Assembly: GCF_902148845.1 (NCBI RefSeq)
Contig: NC_043762.1
Location: forward strand, 29,026,760-29,090,759
Length of the DNA stretch: 64,000 nt
DNA from: Salarias fasciatus
Lineage: Eukaryota
Reading direction: 5' to 3'
Every line of letters begins with the position of its first letter. The stretch's first letter is position 1. A model generated the notes under the pieces. That model was not told the DNA's origin, searched no databases, and saw only the letters and a list, made by a program, of their open reading frames with translations. A program made the position numbers and the translations under genes. Shown here piece by piece: positions 23,346 to 34,500 of this stretch.

Positions 23346-23497
23346 CCGATCTTTCCCACCAGAGAGGAGCTGTTTCCCATCAGGACTGAAGGCCAGGCAG
23401 GTGACTGCTTTACTGTGGCCCTTCAGCAGCGCACATGGAAGGTCCGGTGGGTCATGAGCAAGAGTCTTTATCCGCCACAGAGCAACAGTATGGTCCT
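23346..23497 (-). CDS. tep1: TEP1 exon (WD40)
   Basis: Acceptor cttttcccatcag|AGGACC and donor GATCGG|gtaatg. The peptide is EDHTVALWRIKTLAHDPPDLPCALLKGHSKAVTCLAFSPDGKQLLSGGKDR, matching human EDFTVQLWPRQLLTRPHKAEDFPCGTELRGHEGPVSCCSFSTDGGSLATGGRDR. Confidence 0.85.
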
Positions 23498-23585
23498 CTG
23501 ATGGGAAAAGAAATACAACATGACTGACATCTGAAAAATGTTGACAGTTGACTTGAGTATCAGTGTTAAAACCAGTCCTGCTTAC

Positions 23586-23732
23586 CGGACGCTGTTGCCA
23601 GGTAAGTGGAGTTTTGCGCCATTGCCAGGACGACACCCGACTGCGAAGCAAACATGCCTACATACTCTAGGCTCCCCTCCTTGTTGTTGTACACCCTCAG
23701 TCGTCGGTCACTTCCTGAAAACACCAGTACTT
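23586..23732 (-). CDS. tep1: TEP1 exon (WD40)
   Basis: Acceptor aaaagacag|AAGTAC and donor GCGTCCG|gtaagcag. The peptide is EVLVFSGSDRRLRVYNNKEGSLEYVGMFASQSGVVLAMAQNSTYLATAS, matching human KVLVSGAEDGSLQGWALKECSLQSLWLLSRFQKPVLGLATSQELLASAS. Confidence 0.8.
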
Positions 23733-24009
23733 CTGTCTTTTCCTTCTTTGTCTCCACAACGACCCACAGCATGCAGTGGATGGACAGTTCGATGAACTCA
23801 ATGGACTGGATCTTCTCTCCTGCAGTCACATCACATCATGTTGTGGTTGGTAGAGCGTGGCCATGAAGATGATGCAACTTATTGTAATAATGCTCCTTTG
23901 ACCTGATAACTATGATCCATTTATGAGTGAAGCTTGAAGAACACTTTCAGTTTTTATTCCTTCTGATGTACAAGTTTGTTGAAAAACCATTCATATCACA
24001 AAAGCATAC

Positions 24010-24136
24010 CCGAATGAAGACTGAAGATGTTGATGCTGTCAAGGTGGTATCCCACTGCAACGTAGTCTCCGTGTGCAGCCACACACAGAGCAGCCGGTCC
24101 AGATGTGTCAAGCTGGTTTCCCTTCTCTGTAGGCTC
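24010..24136 (-). CDS. tep1: TEP1 exon (WD40)
   Basis: Acceptor ttgtctgcag|GAGCCT and donor CATTCGG|gtatgc. The peptide is EPTEKGNQLDTSGPAALCVAAHGDYVAVGYHLDSINIFSLHS, matching human SLSPALSVALSPDGDRVAVGYRADGIRIYKISSG. Confidence 0.75.
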
Positions 24137-24724
24137 CTGCAGACAATGGTTTGAAGAACAATAACAATGCTCCTTGAACATTCACTCACACAGTTGCACA
24201 CAGTTACTTTACATTACTGTAGGCGAGTTTTAATGTGGACACAATGGTGAGGTCAACTGGAAGCTTTTATTGGACACAAACTTGTCAACATTAAAGATAA
24301 TGAAGTGAATTTAATATGAAATATTGGTTGCACAACTTAAGTAGGAGCTTACTGACCTCAACACTTTTCAACGTTGCGACTGAACGTCCGAGTCCACCTG
24401 ACCACAGACGGATCTGTTTGTTTTTTGAACATAAAAACAACAAAACAAGAATACATTAGAAATACAAAAGCAAGAGTGTTTTCTTGTTCTTCCTGTATGT
24501 GTGTGAGGTGGGAGGCCTCAGAGGAACCAAGATGCACATGAATGATGATGCACTCATTCATACATTCAAATATGCAAGTATGAATTTGTTCACTGCCCTC
24601 GGTCCACACTGTGCTTGTGGACAAATGTACAAATATTCCTGCCCACATAAGAGCAGATGTAAAGGTTTGATGTACATGAGAATATGCACCTGTCCTGTCT
24701 TCAGTATGTAAAGTAAAGCCTCAC

Positions 24725-24937
24725 CGTGTGATCAGAGCCAGCTGTCAGCAGCAGCAGTTCTTCCTCCAGGAAACTCAGAGCCTCTGTGGCTCCGTCATGA
24801 GCCTGGAAACATCCCACACAGGTGGAGGTGGGCACCGACCACACCCGCACCTCTCCGGAGATGGAGCCAGAGCAGAGCATCGAGGACGTAGACGAGAAGG
24901 CCAGACTGCGCACGGACCGCTGGTGACCACGAAGCAA
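24725..24937 (-). CDS. tep1: TEP1 exon (WD40)
   Basis: Acceptor cctcag|TTGCTT and donor CACACG|gtgaggc. The peptide is LLRGHQRSVRSLAFSSTSSMLCSGSISGEVRVWSVPTSTCVGCFQAHDGATEALSFLEEELLLLTAGSDHTV, matching human LDSMVELWAWREGARLAAFPAHHGFVAAALFLHAGCQLLTAGEDGKV. Confidence 0.8.
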
Positions 24938-25027
24938 CTGAGGAGACGAAAAAACGCAGAGGAAGGTTTTGGCCGAATGCTGCAGCGGTCTGGATGAACT
25001 GTAATTCTGGATCAGACCAGAGTCTCA

Positions 25028-25195
25028 CAGGAAGCTGCTGATTCTGGAGCCAGTTCCACACCATCACGTCTCCGTTCCAGCAGCCAGCAGCCAGCAAGTG
25101 AGCTTCAGGGTCAAAGGTCACACAGTTCAGGGGGCTGATGCTTGAAAGAGAGGCCACTTCATGGCCTTTAGTGGAGGACCACACCTGAAGAGCAG
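25028..25195 (-). CDS. tep1: TEP1 exon (WD40)
   Basis: Acceptor ctcttcag|GTGTGG and donor CTTCCT|gtgagac. The peptide is VWSSTKGHEVASLSSISPLNCVTFDPEAHLLAAGCWNGDVMVWNWLQNQQLP. It sits between neighbours with stronger human matches. Confidence 0.65.
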
Positions 25196-25249
25196 AACGT
25201 TTTACTCATTGTGAAAGACGTTGAAAAGATCAGAATTGTTGAAATGTTT

Positions 25250-25358
25250 GAGACTCACTTTTAGCTTGAAGTCAAGGGAAACCGTCACAAGGTGCTTCTT
25301 GTCTGCACTGATGTTACTGGCTGTTATTGCATTATTGTGGCCTTCAATCAGAGCAGTC
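25250..25358 (-). CDS. tep1: TEP1 exon (WD40)
   Basis: Acceptor ctcactgcag|GACTGC and donor CTAAAA|gtgagtc. The peptide is TALIEGHNNAITASNISADKKHLVTVSLDFKLK, matching human QHTYPKSLNCVAFHPEGQVIATGSWAGSISFFQVDGLKV. Confidence 0.65.
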
Positions 25359-25459
25359 CTGCAGTGAGAGGAAGCAGAAATCAGGACACCAACAAGAGCA
25401 TCATTTGTCGTTAGTTTAACTGAGGATGTGAAAGGATTTCCTCTGAACGCTCGTCTCAC

Positions 25460-25585
25460 CTGCATCCATTCTCCACATCCCAGAGTTCAATGCGTCCATC
25501 AAAGGAGGTGGTGGCAAGACGCCCGTCCTCCACAAACATACAGCTTGAGATGCCATCGCAGTTGCTCACCAGAGACTTCACTTCC
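25460..25585 (-). CDS. tep1: TEP1 exon (WD40)
   Basis: Acceptor tttgtgagcag|GAAGTG and donor GGATGCAG|gtgagacg. The peptide is EVKSLVSNCDGISSCMFVEDGRLATTSFDGRIELWDVENGCR, matching human EEKSVVSGCDGISACLFLSDDTLFLTAFDGLLELWDLQHGCR. Confidence 0.9.
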
Positions 25586-25735
25586 TGCTCACAAATGGAA
25601 GAAAGAAGACATGCAACATGAAGTTGTTTTCCTGAAACAATGCAATCTCAGTTGTGGATGAGATGACGTGTGACTTCCACCAAGTGGAACAGAACAGAAG
25701 GGAGAAAATAACATTTCCAGAACTTGTGTTCGTAC

Positions 25736-25866
25736 CAGTCCAGTCTGTACATTGAGGAAATGCAGCATTCCCTCACAGCTGCCGACCACCATCTGCAGTT
25801 TATCCGGACTCAAGGCAACGCAGGTTGGTTCAGAACGGAGAGTCGACCTCAGCATGCTGAGATGAA
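25736..25866 (-). CDS. tep1: TEP1 exon (first WD40 blade region)
   Basis: Acceptor tcatctcag|CATGCT and donor GGACTG|gtacgaa. The peptide is MLRSTLRSEPTCVALSPDKLQMVVGSCEGMLHFLNVQTGL, matching human SLSLAVSSSPTAVAFSTNGQRAAVGTANGTVYLLDLRTWQ. Confidence 0.8.
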
Positions 25867-26198
25867 ACACAGAACAAAATAATCCCATCTCAATACAATC
25901 CTAGCTAAATATCTGTCAGGATCTCAAGTTAAGTTATGCTAACAGCTGATCTATCACAGAGTTATTAAGTTTTAACACCTCATTTACCGATTTCTGATTG
26001 TAAGGGATGTGCATTAAATGGTTCTGTATTCTCACAGTATTTAAATAGGACTGACATACATTTTTTTAATTAAGAAATAAATGGAAGCCTAGCTCAGATC
26101 TATGCAAGTTCAAATATCTTCAGTTTAAAAAAAAAAATGTATTCAAAAATGTAAATCTTGCAAAGACTGAAAGCCAGTTTTGAAAAAGACGGGTTTAC

Positions 26199-26409
26199 CT
26201 GAACTCTTGAGGATCATATTTTAGACGAGAACGACACTCAATAATCCGGTTTCCTCCTTTCCCCACCAGACCTTTGGCCCAGGACTGAGCAGAGGTCTCT
26301 GGAGGACAGTGAAGGGCTTCTTGGATGAAAAGAGCCGGCCAGGAGGAGAGAACGGCACTGTGGCCCCAGAGGAAGTTGTGGCAGTCCCAGACGTTTCCAC
26401 AGAAGGGTC
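26199..26409 (-). CDS. tep1: Probable TEP1 exon (linker before the WD40 domain)
   Basis: Acceptor gtcttgtcag|GACCCT and donor AGTTCAG|gtaaac. The peptide is PFCGNVWDCHNFLWGHSAVLSSWPALFIQEALHCPPETSAQSWAKGLVGKGGNRIIECRSRLKYDPQEF. The splice signals are good but similarity to human is low in this linker. Confidence 0.55.
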
Positions 26410-26654
26410 CTGACAAGACAAAGACGTGATGTGATGAGGACTGAAAACACACTGAGCAACAATTCCAAGGCTAAAGGTTGTTTAAACACTTACTTGAGTG
26501 GCCAGATTTACTCTCCTTCTCTACAGGAAAGACAGAAATTCACAGGATTGCAGACATCAGGATGTTTCATTTATTACTATCAAGACTACTATTATAGACA
26601 AAACAGCTTCAGAAGACGTTCCTTCTATTATATGAGCTGATCATCTGTACTCAC

Positions 26655-26768
26655 TGTACAAGTCGTACATGTCCATGAGGTGCTGCAGGAGCCCGTTCCT
26701 CACGTTAGCATACAGGAAATAATAGTTGGACAGCAACGACTCGACTGCCTCCATCTGTCCACTTTCAA
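26655..26768 (-). CDS. tep1: Probable TEP1 exon
   Basis: Acceptor ggtcag|ATTGAA and donor TGTACAG|gtgagta. The peptide is IESGQMEAVESLLSNYYFLYANVRNGLLQHLMDMYDLY, resembling human LTNLHVVAAHLELGLVSRLLEAHALYAS. Confidence 0.55.
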
Positions 26769-27884
26769 TCTGACCAAAGCCAAATAAAGACATGTAATAG
26801 TTAAAATATTCAGTAAATATCAAGCTCAACCATGCTTAAAAGTGTTTGGTTTATTACTGAACTGAAGATATTCTCATCATTAGAGATTTGCTGGAACGTC
26901 CTCCTGACAACCAGGAAAAAAAATATTGTCCAAACTGTTTTGTTCTTCCGACGTAAAACGTGGGCCAGTGTGTTCCATGTTTTAGATCTTTCCCTGCTTC
27001 AACACACCTAAATTTGACACTGAAGTCTTCATCAAGCTTGTACACATGCCCAGAAATGAGTCGTCATTGCAGTCAGATATGATGCAACTGGGAGAGACCT
27101 GAAGCATGCAGGACACCGGCCCCCCCAGGACCACAAATGAGCACCCCTGCTGTCGGAACTCAAAATTCGGTCAGCCAAGTCCATGCTCCCACACAATTCT
27201 AGCCAGACTCAGACATCCTTGCCTCATTTTGGTGAAGGGGGGCCTGATTTTCCACAAGAGATCACATTTTCTGCAATAAAATTCACCATTCTGAGAATAA
27301 CTCCCTTTATTGTCATTTGGAAAAAAACAGAAGAAATTGTAGAGAATAACTACATTTGTCCTCTATGGAGGATATTTCTTCAACACTTGGATACCATGCT
27401 AAAATACAGTTAAAATAATTCAGACAATGTTTTTATGTGTTAAGAGACTTATTTAAAAGATATCAACAACACTTCAATCTAAAATTTTCTCAATGAAAAG
27501 TTTTGTGCAACTCGCTTTTCCTCTTACCAAAAAATACACCTGAGCAGGTGAATGCAATTTTCCTGAATATGAGAAAAAAGGTCTTAATGCCCCAACCCTT
27601 TACATTTGGAGTCATTGAAAAGTGCTAAATGTCCTCTGTAGAGGGCAAATTTGAATTACTGGTAGCCACAAGGTTAAGATGCTCATTTGCTGCATCAGAG
27701 GACTGTCAAACTGTTGAAGTGTGAAGTAGTATTGATGAAACCAAGGCTTCCTCACCAGGCTTTGGGGCAGGTGCATGACAGAGTTGACCTCACAGTGAAA
27801 GAAGGTCTCTTGTCCCTCAGGATCAGCTCGTGTCCACAGATGAGCTACAGATAAAGGAAACTTTTAATGAGCATTCCATCCATC

Positions 27885-28930
27885 CAACCATTTTCTACCA
27901 CTTATCCACGACCGGGTCGCGTGGGCAGCAGTCTCAGTAGAGATGCCCAGACTTTCTGTCCCCAGACTCTTCCTCCAGCTCTTCGGGGAGGATCCCAAGG
28001 CATTCCCAGGCCAGCCGAGAGGCATCGTCTTTCCAGAGTGTCCTTGGTCTTCCCCGGGACCTCCTCCCGGGGGGACATGCCCGGAACACCTCTCCAGGTA
28101 GGGATCCAGGAGGTAACCTTAACAGATCCTGAGCCTCCTCAGCTGGCTCCTCTCGATGTGGAGGAGTAGTGGCTCTACTCTGAGCTCCTCACCCTATCTC
28201 TCAGAGAACACCCAGGCCCCCTACGAAGGAAGCTCATTTTAGCCGCTTGTCTCCGGGATCTTGTGCTTTTGGTCATGACCCAAGGCTCATGAGCATAGGT
28301 GAGGGTGGGGACGTAGATTGACTGGTAAACTGAGAGCTTCGCCTTTCAGCTCAGCTTCTTCTAGACCGCGAGATACGTAAACTCCTCAACTTGGGCCAGG
28401 GTCTCTCCACCCACCTGGAGAGGGCAGAGCACGTTCTTCTGGTCAAGGACCATGGCCTCGGACTTGGTGGTGCTGATCCTCATCCCTGTCACTTCACACT
28501 CGACTGTAAACTGCCCCAGTGCATGCTGCATCTCCAGTTTTAATGAAGCTAACAGGACATCATCGGCAAAAAGCAAAGAAGAAATCCCGAGGTCCCCAAA
28601 CCGGACCCCCTTCGGCCGCTGGCTGCACCTAGAAATTCTGTCCATTAAGATTATGAACAGAACCAGTGACAAAGGGCAGCCCTGCTGGAGTCCAACATGC
28701 ACCGTGAACAGGTCCGACTTACTGCCGGCAATGCGGACCAGACTCCTGCTTTGGTCATACAGAATGGTCCCTGGACTCAGTACTCCCAGAGCACCCCGCC
28801 AAAAGACATCATGAGGGGCGCAGTACAATGCCTTCTCCAAATCCACAAAACACAAGTGAACTGGTTAGAGGGTATAGAGCTGGTCCAGTGTTCACGACCA
28901 GGACGAAAACCACATTGTTCCTCCTGAATC
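27885..28930 (-). mobile_element. LINE (Rex1/Babar-like) 3' fragment with an RT domain
   Basis: ORF 28361-28855(-) carries RT motifs (CFVDLEKA ... GLQQGCPLSLVLFIILMD ... LLFADDVLLAS). The same family occurs at 51040-52345. Confidence 0.8.
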
Positions 28931-29022
28931 TGAGGTTCGACTATCAGTCAAATCCTCAGCTTATCTGTCGAAGTAAGCAGTCACCTACAATATCATAGTA
29001 AAAATACAAAAAGAAATTTTTA

Positions 29023-29157
29023 CCAGCCAGTATGAGGTGGGCTCTCTTTGTTTCACTCTCTGCTGGAAGGAGAAAGTCCTCAAAGGCTCGCTTCACCTCC
29101 ACATTTTTCAGAGTCAGCAAGTCGCTGGTATTGTAGCAATGAGATGGATCCATCAGG
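29023..29157 (-). CDS. tep1: TEP1 exon
   Basis: Acceptor tttcctgcag|CCTGATGG and donor TGGCTG|gtaaaaa. The peptide is LMDPSHCYNTSDLLTLKNVEVKRAFEDFLLPAESETKRAHLILA, resembling human CPPEALGDLPYHLLQSGNRGLLSKFL. Confidence 0.55.
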
Positions 29158-29357
29158 CTGCAGGAAACAGACCAAAAAGATGTAATGCTTCTTTAAAATC
29201 ACAATAAATCGTATGGAATTGAGGTTGTGATTCAATTAGGACCGTCAAGGAAAACGGCATCTCATATGGTGAAATAATAATGAAATAATGAAAGAATGCA
29301 TTACATACATATACAGTATAACATTACAAATTTCTTATGGGTTGTTGAGAATTCTAC

Positions 29358-29516
29358 CTTTGTAAACTGTGCACTATGCGGGTGAAAGCTGCCATAGGAA
29401 TGCGTCCTGTGGGCTTCCTGTACAGCTGCAGGACTTCCTGCCATGTGACCTGTGCTTTCTGAGAGGATAGACTGTTACATGTGTTCAGCACAGCATACAA
29501 GTCTCTCTCTTTCAGA
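29358..29516 (-). CDS. tep1: TEP1 exon
   Basis: Acceptor ctcctttctcag|GTCTGA and donor TACAAAG|gtagaat. The peptide is LKERDLYAVLNTCNSLSSQKAQVTWQEVLQLYRKPTGRIPMAAFTRIVHSLQR, resembling human LTVDQLHGVLSVWRTL...PMGPFACLVQSLRSLL. Confidence 0.6.
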
Positions 29517-30267
29517 CCTGAGAAAGGAGAAAAGAAGAAGATAGACATGGTTGGTTCAGTCTCAGCATCTTCCTCAAAGTTTCAATATCATTAAATATCA
29601 ACATATAAGTTTGAGGATGGAGGTGATTCTATTTGGACACCTTGGATCTGAAGACACAAACACAAAAAAAAGAAAACCAAACAACCATTCACTCAAATGC
29701 TCTAAACTAAACCACAGTTGAATAAATTGTAGCGGCCGTGGGGGCCGCTGGGGGTCGCTGCCAGGACTGACTGTGCCTTTGGGAGCCACAAGGCATTGTG
29801 GGAGGGAATGTTTGTGAACTTTGGGGGTTATTTAGGGGTTTATTTGTGTTTATTGCCATTTCATTTATGGTTCATTGTGTTGTTTAAGTTCTGTTCTTGT
29901 GTCCTGTGAACATTTAGGTGTGTTTCTTTATTTTTGTGTTGTACCGTGACTCGGGAGGGGTTGCTTGGGGAGTGGCCTCAGCCTGCGAGCCGGTATTAAC
30001 TGTGTGGTCCAGAGTTCTTCTATGTTTCACAATATAGCCCTGGTGTGTTCACTTGAAACCTCTATCGTCATTTCTGCCTCAAGTCACTGCTCCAGCATCA
30101 CAATATCATTTATTTTGATCTATCCACAAATTATCCTATCTGTGTCATTGCCCTAATAATATCCTTACAGTCATGAGATTCCTCACACTCATTCAATTGT
30201 GAAGACATACAAATTTTAAAATAGGACTAACACCAGCATTATAAAGTATGTGCATGACCAATCTTAC

Positions 30268-30403
30268 CAGTGGTGCTGACAGTGAGCACTGCCAGCGCCC
30301 AGCGGAGTCCCTGCATGTCTCTGTAGTGTGAGCAGAGTCTCTCCAGGCTGTACTGCACCAGCTGGCTCAGAGACCCTGGGATACCCAGAACATTCTCCTT
30401 CAA
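30268..30403 (-). CDS. tep1: TEP1 exon
   Basis: Acceptor cctcag|TTGAAGG and donor CACCACTG|gtaagatt. The peptide is LKENVLGIPGSLSQLVQYSLERLCSHYRDMQGLRWALAVLTVSTT, matching human LRTLPATVPLLLQHILSTLEKEHGPDVLPQALTALEVTRSG. Confidence 0.7.
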
Positions 30404-31559
30404 CTGAGGCAAAAAGACAGATCAGAATGCATTTAATGTAACAGTTATTTAACAAGCTGAGTAATCAAACAGGTAATGTAACATCCTCATGCTGGGGCTA
30501 ATCCCCAATGCACACTGGATGCGGCCTGGCTCCGGAACGGCTGCGGTACGGACACCGCAGCTAATCCGTAGTCATTAAAATCAATGCTGTGGTTCACACC
30601 GGCTGCGGTCCAGCTGCGGTCCAGCTCCGGTCCGGCTCCGGAGCCTCTGCGGAGCTCCAGTATCTTTCCGCAAGGATCCTATTTTTCCGGATGCCGGAGC
30701 CCTACCGCGTCAATTCAGACAGAAGCAAGTTGGGTGCCCGGAAGGAAACGCACTACGTGTTCCAAAATAAGTGACCTCAAAATAAAATCTGTCGTGTTTT
30801 TGCCTTAATATTCTATTTTTTTACTTCTTCTGGTAGAATACAGAACAAACAACGTGATGTAGTCATTATACACATTAGAAGAATGAACCGTTTTGTACTT
30901 CATCACTGCTGAAAAGTCAAATGACTCCAAAATGGCTCAAAACAGCTCTGTGACTGGAGCAGCTCCGTGTTGCCAGATTGGGCAGGTCTCTGCCAAATCA
31001 AGCGTCTTTTCTGAACACGTCGGACGGGTTGATGAAATGATTATGTGTTTATGACGTGTTTTTTTTATCATACAAATACGGTTTTAATGTGCATTTTCAA
31101 CCGAGATGGCGGTTTGGGCTGCTTTGTATTGAGTTAAACTGGTTTCATATTGTCTACGGGGGATAACGACAGATCTGGCAACCTTCTCCAGCGGACTGCA
31201 GAGACACCGCAGGCAGTGTGAATCACAGTGCTGCGGTATACCGGACTGCAGCCGGAACGCAGGCGTACCGCATCCAGTGTGCATCGGGGGTATACAGCGT
31301 AGAGGCGCGTCCCCTGGGTGGCGGACAGGGGTGCCCTCCTTCGGGGGGGTTGCACCTGAATAAAACGGAATAGGGTGCCGTGGGCCAACATAGCCTAGGA
31401 GAGGGACAACTCTGACTCCAAACCTGGGTAGACAGAGCTCGTTAGCCTTGGTAAGCAGTCTGTATAGGAGAAAGGCAACTCCGACTACAAACCCCAGCGT
31501 GCCGGTACGCTGTGAGGTGGCAGCCCCACCAACCGGCTATACTGCGGCGGGCCAACAAC

Positions 31560-34500
31560 CCACCCAGGAGAAACCTTTTTTGTTACGAAACTGACCAGAG
31601 AAAGAAGCCGGACTGACCAACACGGTAACGGACCCCAGCCTGCCCCCGACCAACGAGTACAGATCGACCTTCGTCATAGGACCCGTGTTACCACATGGAA
31701 TGTCCAGACACTCCTTCGCCCCGGAGCTGCCACCCTGCTGTCCCGAGAGCTCTGCCGCTACAACATCTCCCTGGCAGGGCTCTGTGAGGTCAGATGGCAA
31801 GGTAATGGTGAAACAACAGCAGGCGACCATTGCTACATCTGGAGTGGCCCCGAGAGCCGGACCGGCCTTTATGGTGTGGCTCTTGCCATTCCAAAAGCCC
31901 TCCAGAGGTCCCTCATCAGCTGGACACCTCTAAGCGACAGACTACTGTCTGCTCGCTTCCTCCACCACCAAGGCAAGATGACAGTGGTTGTCGCCCATGC
32001 CCCCACGAATGTCGCTGATGAGGATGTGAAGGACGTGTTCTTCGACCAACTCCACCAGGCTGTCAACCAAGCTCCACCACACTACGTCACCATCATTCTC
32101 ATTGACGCCAGCGCCACTCTATCCAGCAGCGATCGGTCCCCCGGCTCACCTGTCGGCACCACCCTCATCGATAGGAAAACAAATGACAATGGCAACCGCC
32201 TCCTCCTCCTCTGCCACCATAACAGCCTCTGCATTGCTGACACCTGGTTTCCTCGGAAACAAATCCATCACTGGACGTGGTACGGCCCAGATGGCAGAAC
32301 CAGGAAGGCGCTGGACCACATCCTCATTTCTCGATGCTGGAATTCATTTGTCACCAACTGCCAGGTGCACAGAGGAGCACAGCTTGGCAACACAGACCAT
32401 CGTCTGCTGGTGGACCAGCTTAAGCTAAAGCTCCGAGCCAACCAGCACCAGACCCTGCCTCGCCCCGACTCCTCCCGACTCAATGACCCCGTCATTGCCA
32501 CAGACTTCAGCTGCTCCATTCGCCGCACTCTTAATGCCCTGGCTCCCGACAAAGTGACAGATTGGGTGACCTTCAAGGAAAGTGTCCTCCAGTCTGCTCA
32601 CAATGTCCTCGGACACTCACGACCATCCCCGAGAAAGCCCTGGACATCAGAGAGGACACTAAACATCATTGACCAGTGGCGTGAGGCCCGGCTCCGAGGC
32701 GACTGAACCGCTTGCGCAATGTGGCCATCACTGAGGATAGGGAGAGGTTCTGGGAAACAGAAGCCCGACAGCTTGACTCCATGGCCAACAACAATAACTA
32801 GAGCCGTGTAATCAGTCTACTGCGCCAAGCCCATGGCGGCCCACACATAAAGACAGCCTTGGTAAAAGATTCTGACGGTAATCTCGTTACAACTGAAGCC
32901 AACTGCCTCGAGCACTGGAAGGCACACTTTAGCCTCCTCCTGCAGCACAGCACCATCCCGGCTGATCCCACCCTCCTAGAGGCTGCCAACGCTGCCCCCA
33001 GTAGCGACGCCTGCTGCACAGACCCTATAACACCCGGGGAAGTGAGAGCTGCCCTGAAGAAACTGAACATCAGGAAAGCCCCTGGCATCTGTGCCATCAC
33101 CAGTGAGATGCTCAAAGCCGGAGCTGACGGTATGGTGGAGTGGCTAACCCACCTCTTTTTGGCTGGCTCTCGGAGGTGGCGGACGCTTTTTCTATCGCTC
33201 CCTGTTTGCTCCTCCCTCCCTATTGTCTCTGCTTGCTGCTCTCTGTCTCGTCTGTTTTACTGGAGGAATCACTTGACTTGGTTTTTCGAACTAACCAAAT
33301 ATCAACCATGGAATTGATCAGCTGGTCTCTCTATGCAATTGATATGAGTTTTTCAACAAAGAGCACAGGAGCGGGGATCCTGCCTGTCCGGACGGGACTC
33401 AGCATGCTGGGTATGTGATGAACGCCCGGGAGAAGTGGAGGGGTATCACATGCCTGCCACCCCTGTCCGTCAAGGTCATTGTGGATGATTACATTTTTGG
33501 ATTTATTATGATCGGCCTGCTGCTGATTGGCTTGTGCTGCGACCTGATCCTCTGGAGGATTAAGAAGACCGCCACCACAAAAGACGTCCACGGGAGGACG
33601 GTCTTTTCAAATCAATGGGCAAAAGCTGAGACTGACCGTTTGTGCGAACTCTTTCGAAAGGTGGACAATTTGGGTTATGGACGATTGAGACGCAAGTTGG
33701 ATGTCACCAGCTTCTGTCTGAAATGTGGAGATACCGAGCAAAAGAAGGTCAAATGGTTCCTTCTACACTAAAACAAGATAACTTCTGATTATGTCTGGCG
33801 CCCCTGGAAGACTAAACATCTCCCTGAAAATTCAAGGACAAGATTGATTGCTCGCTCTACCTTCCCTCTCTCTCTCTCCCAGCTGCAACCCAAGTTCACC
33901 TTTGGACTGCTTTGTTCAAGGCCCGGCAACGACCATCCGAGTTGGAGCGCAAAGGTGAGGCGGGCCAAACCACACACACACGTACACGGATTGATGAACT
34001 GAAATGCCACATACACGCCACACACACTCCCTCCCCAACTCTCAATGTCTCCACCACAGCTCTCTGCTGACGACTAGTGGTGATGACGTGTTGCCCTGAT
34101 GCTATTGACGTGTTGCGCTGATGCTATAGCTGCGACCGCTGATCCGCTGGTCTGATAGCAACTTGTGTCATGTGTCTTGCTGTATATGTGCACAGGTTGG
34201 CTTTTTTTTAGTCTCTCACTTCTAATCACGACTCCCTTTTGGAACCGTGATCTGAACTGATGTATCTTTTTTTTAACCACCACCCTACCCCCCTCCCCCA
34301 ATTTCTGTCTGAGTTTCTTTAACTCTGTTTCTTTTTCAAGACGGAGCACCGTAATTGGCTGCCTGGGCGTCTTTAAAACCCAAGTAATTTCGTTGTAACT
34401 TGTAACTTCGCTAACTTGTTGCGATGACAATAAAGGCTATTCTGATTCTATTTAATCAGGTGTGGGAAACAGAGCAGCTGCCCACCGACTGGACCAGAGG

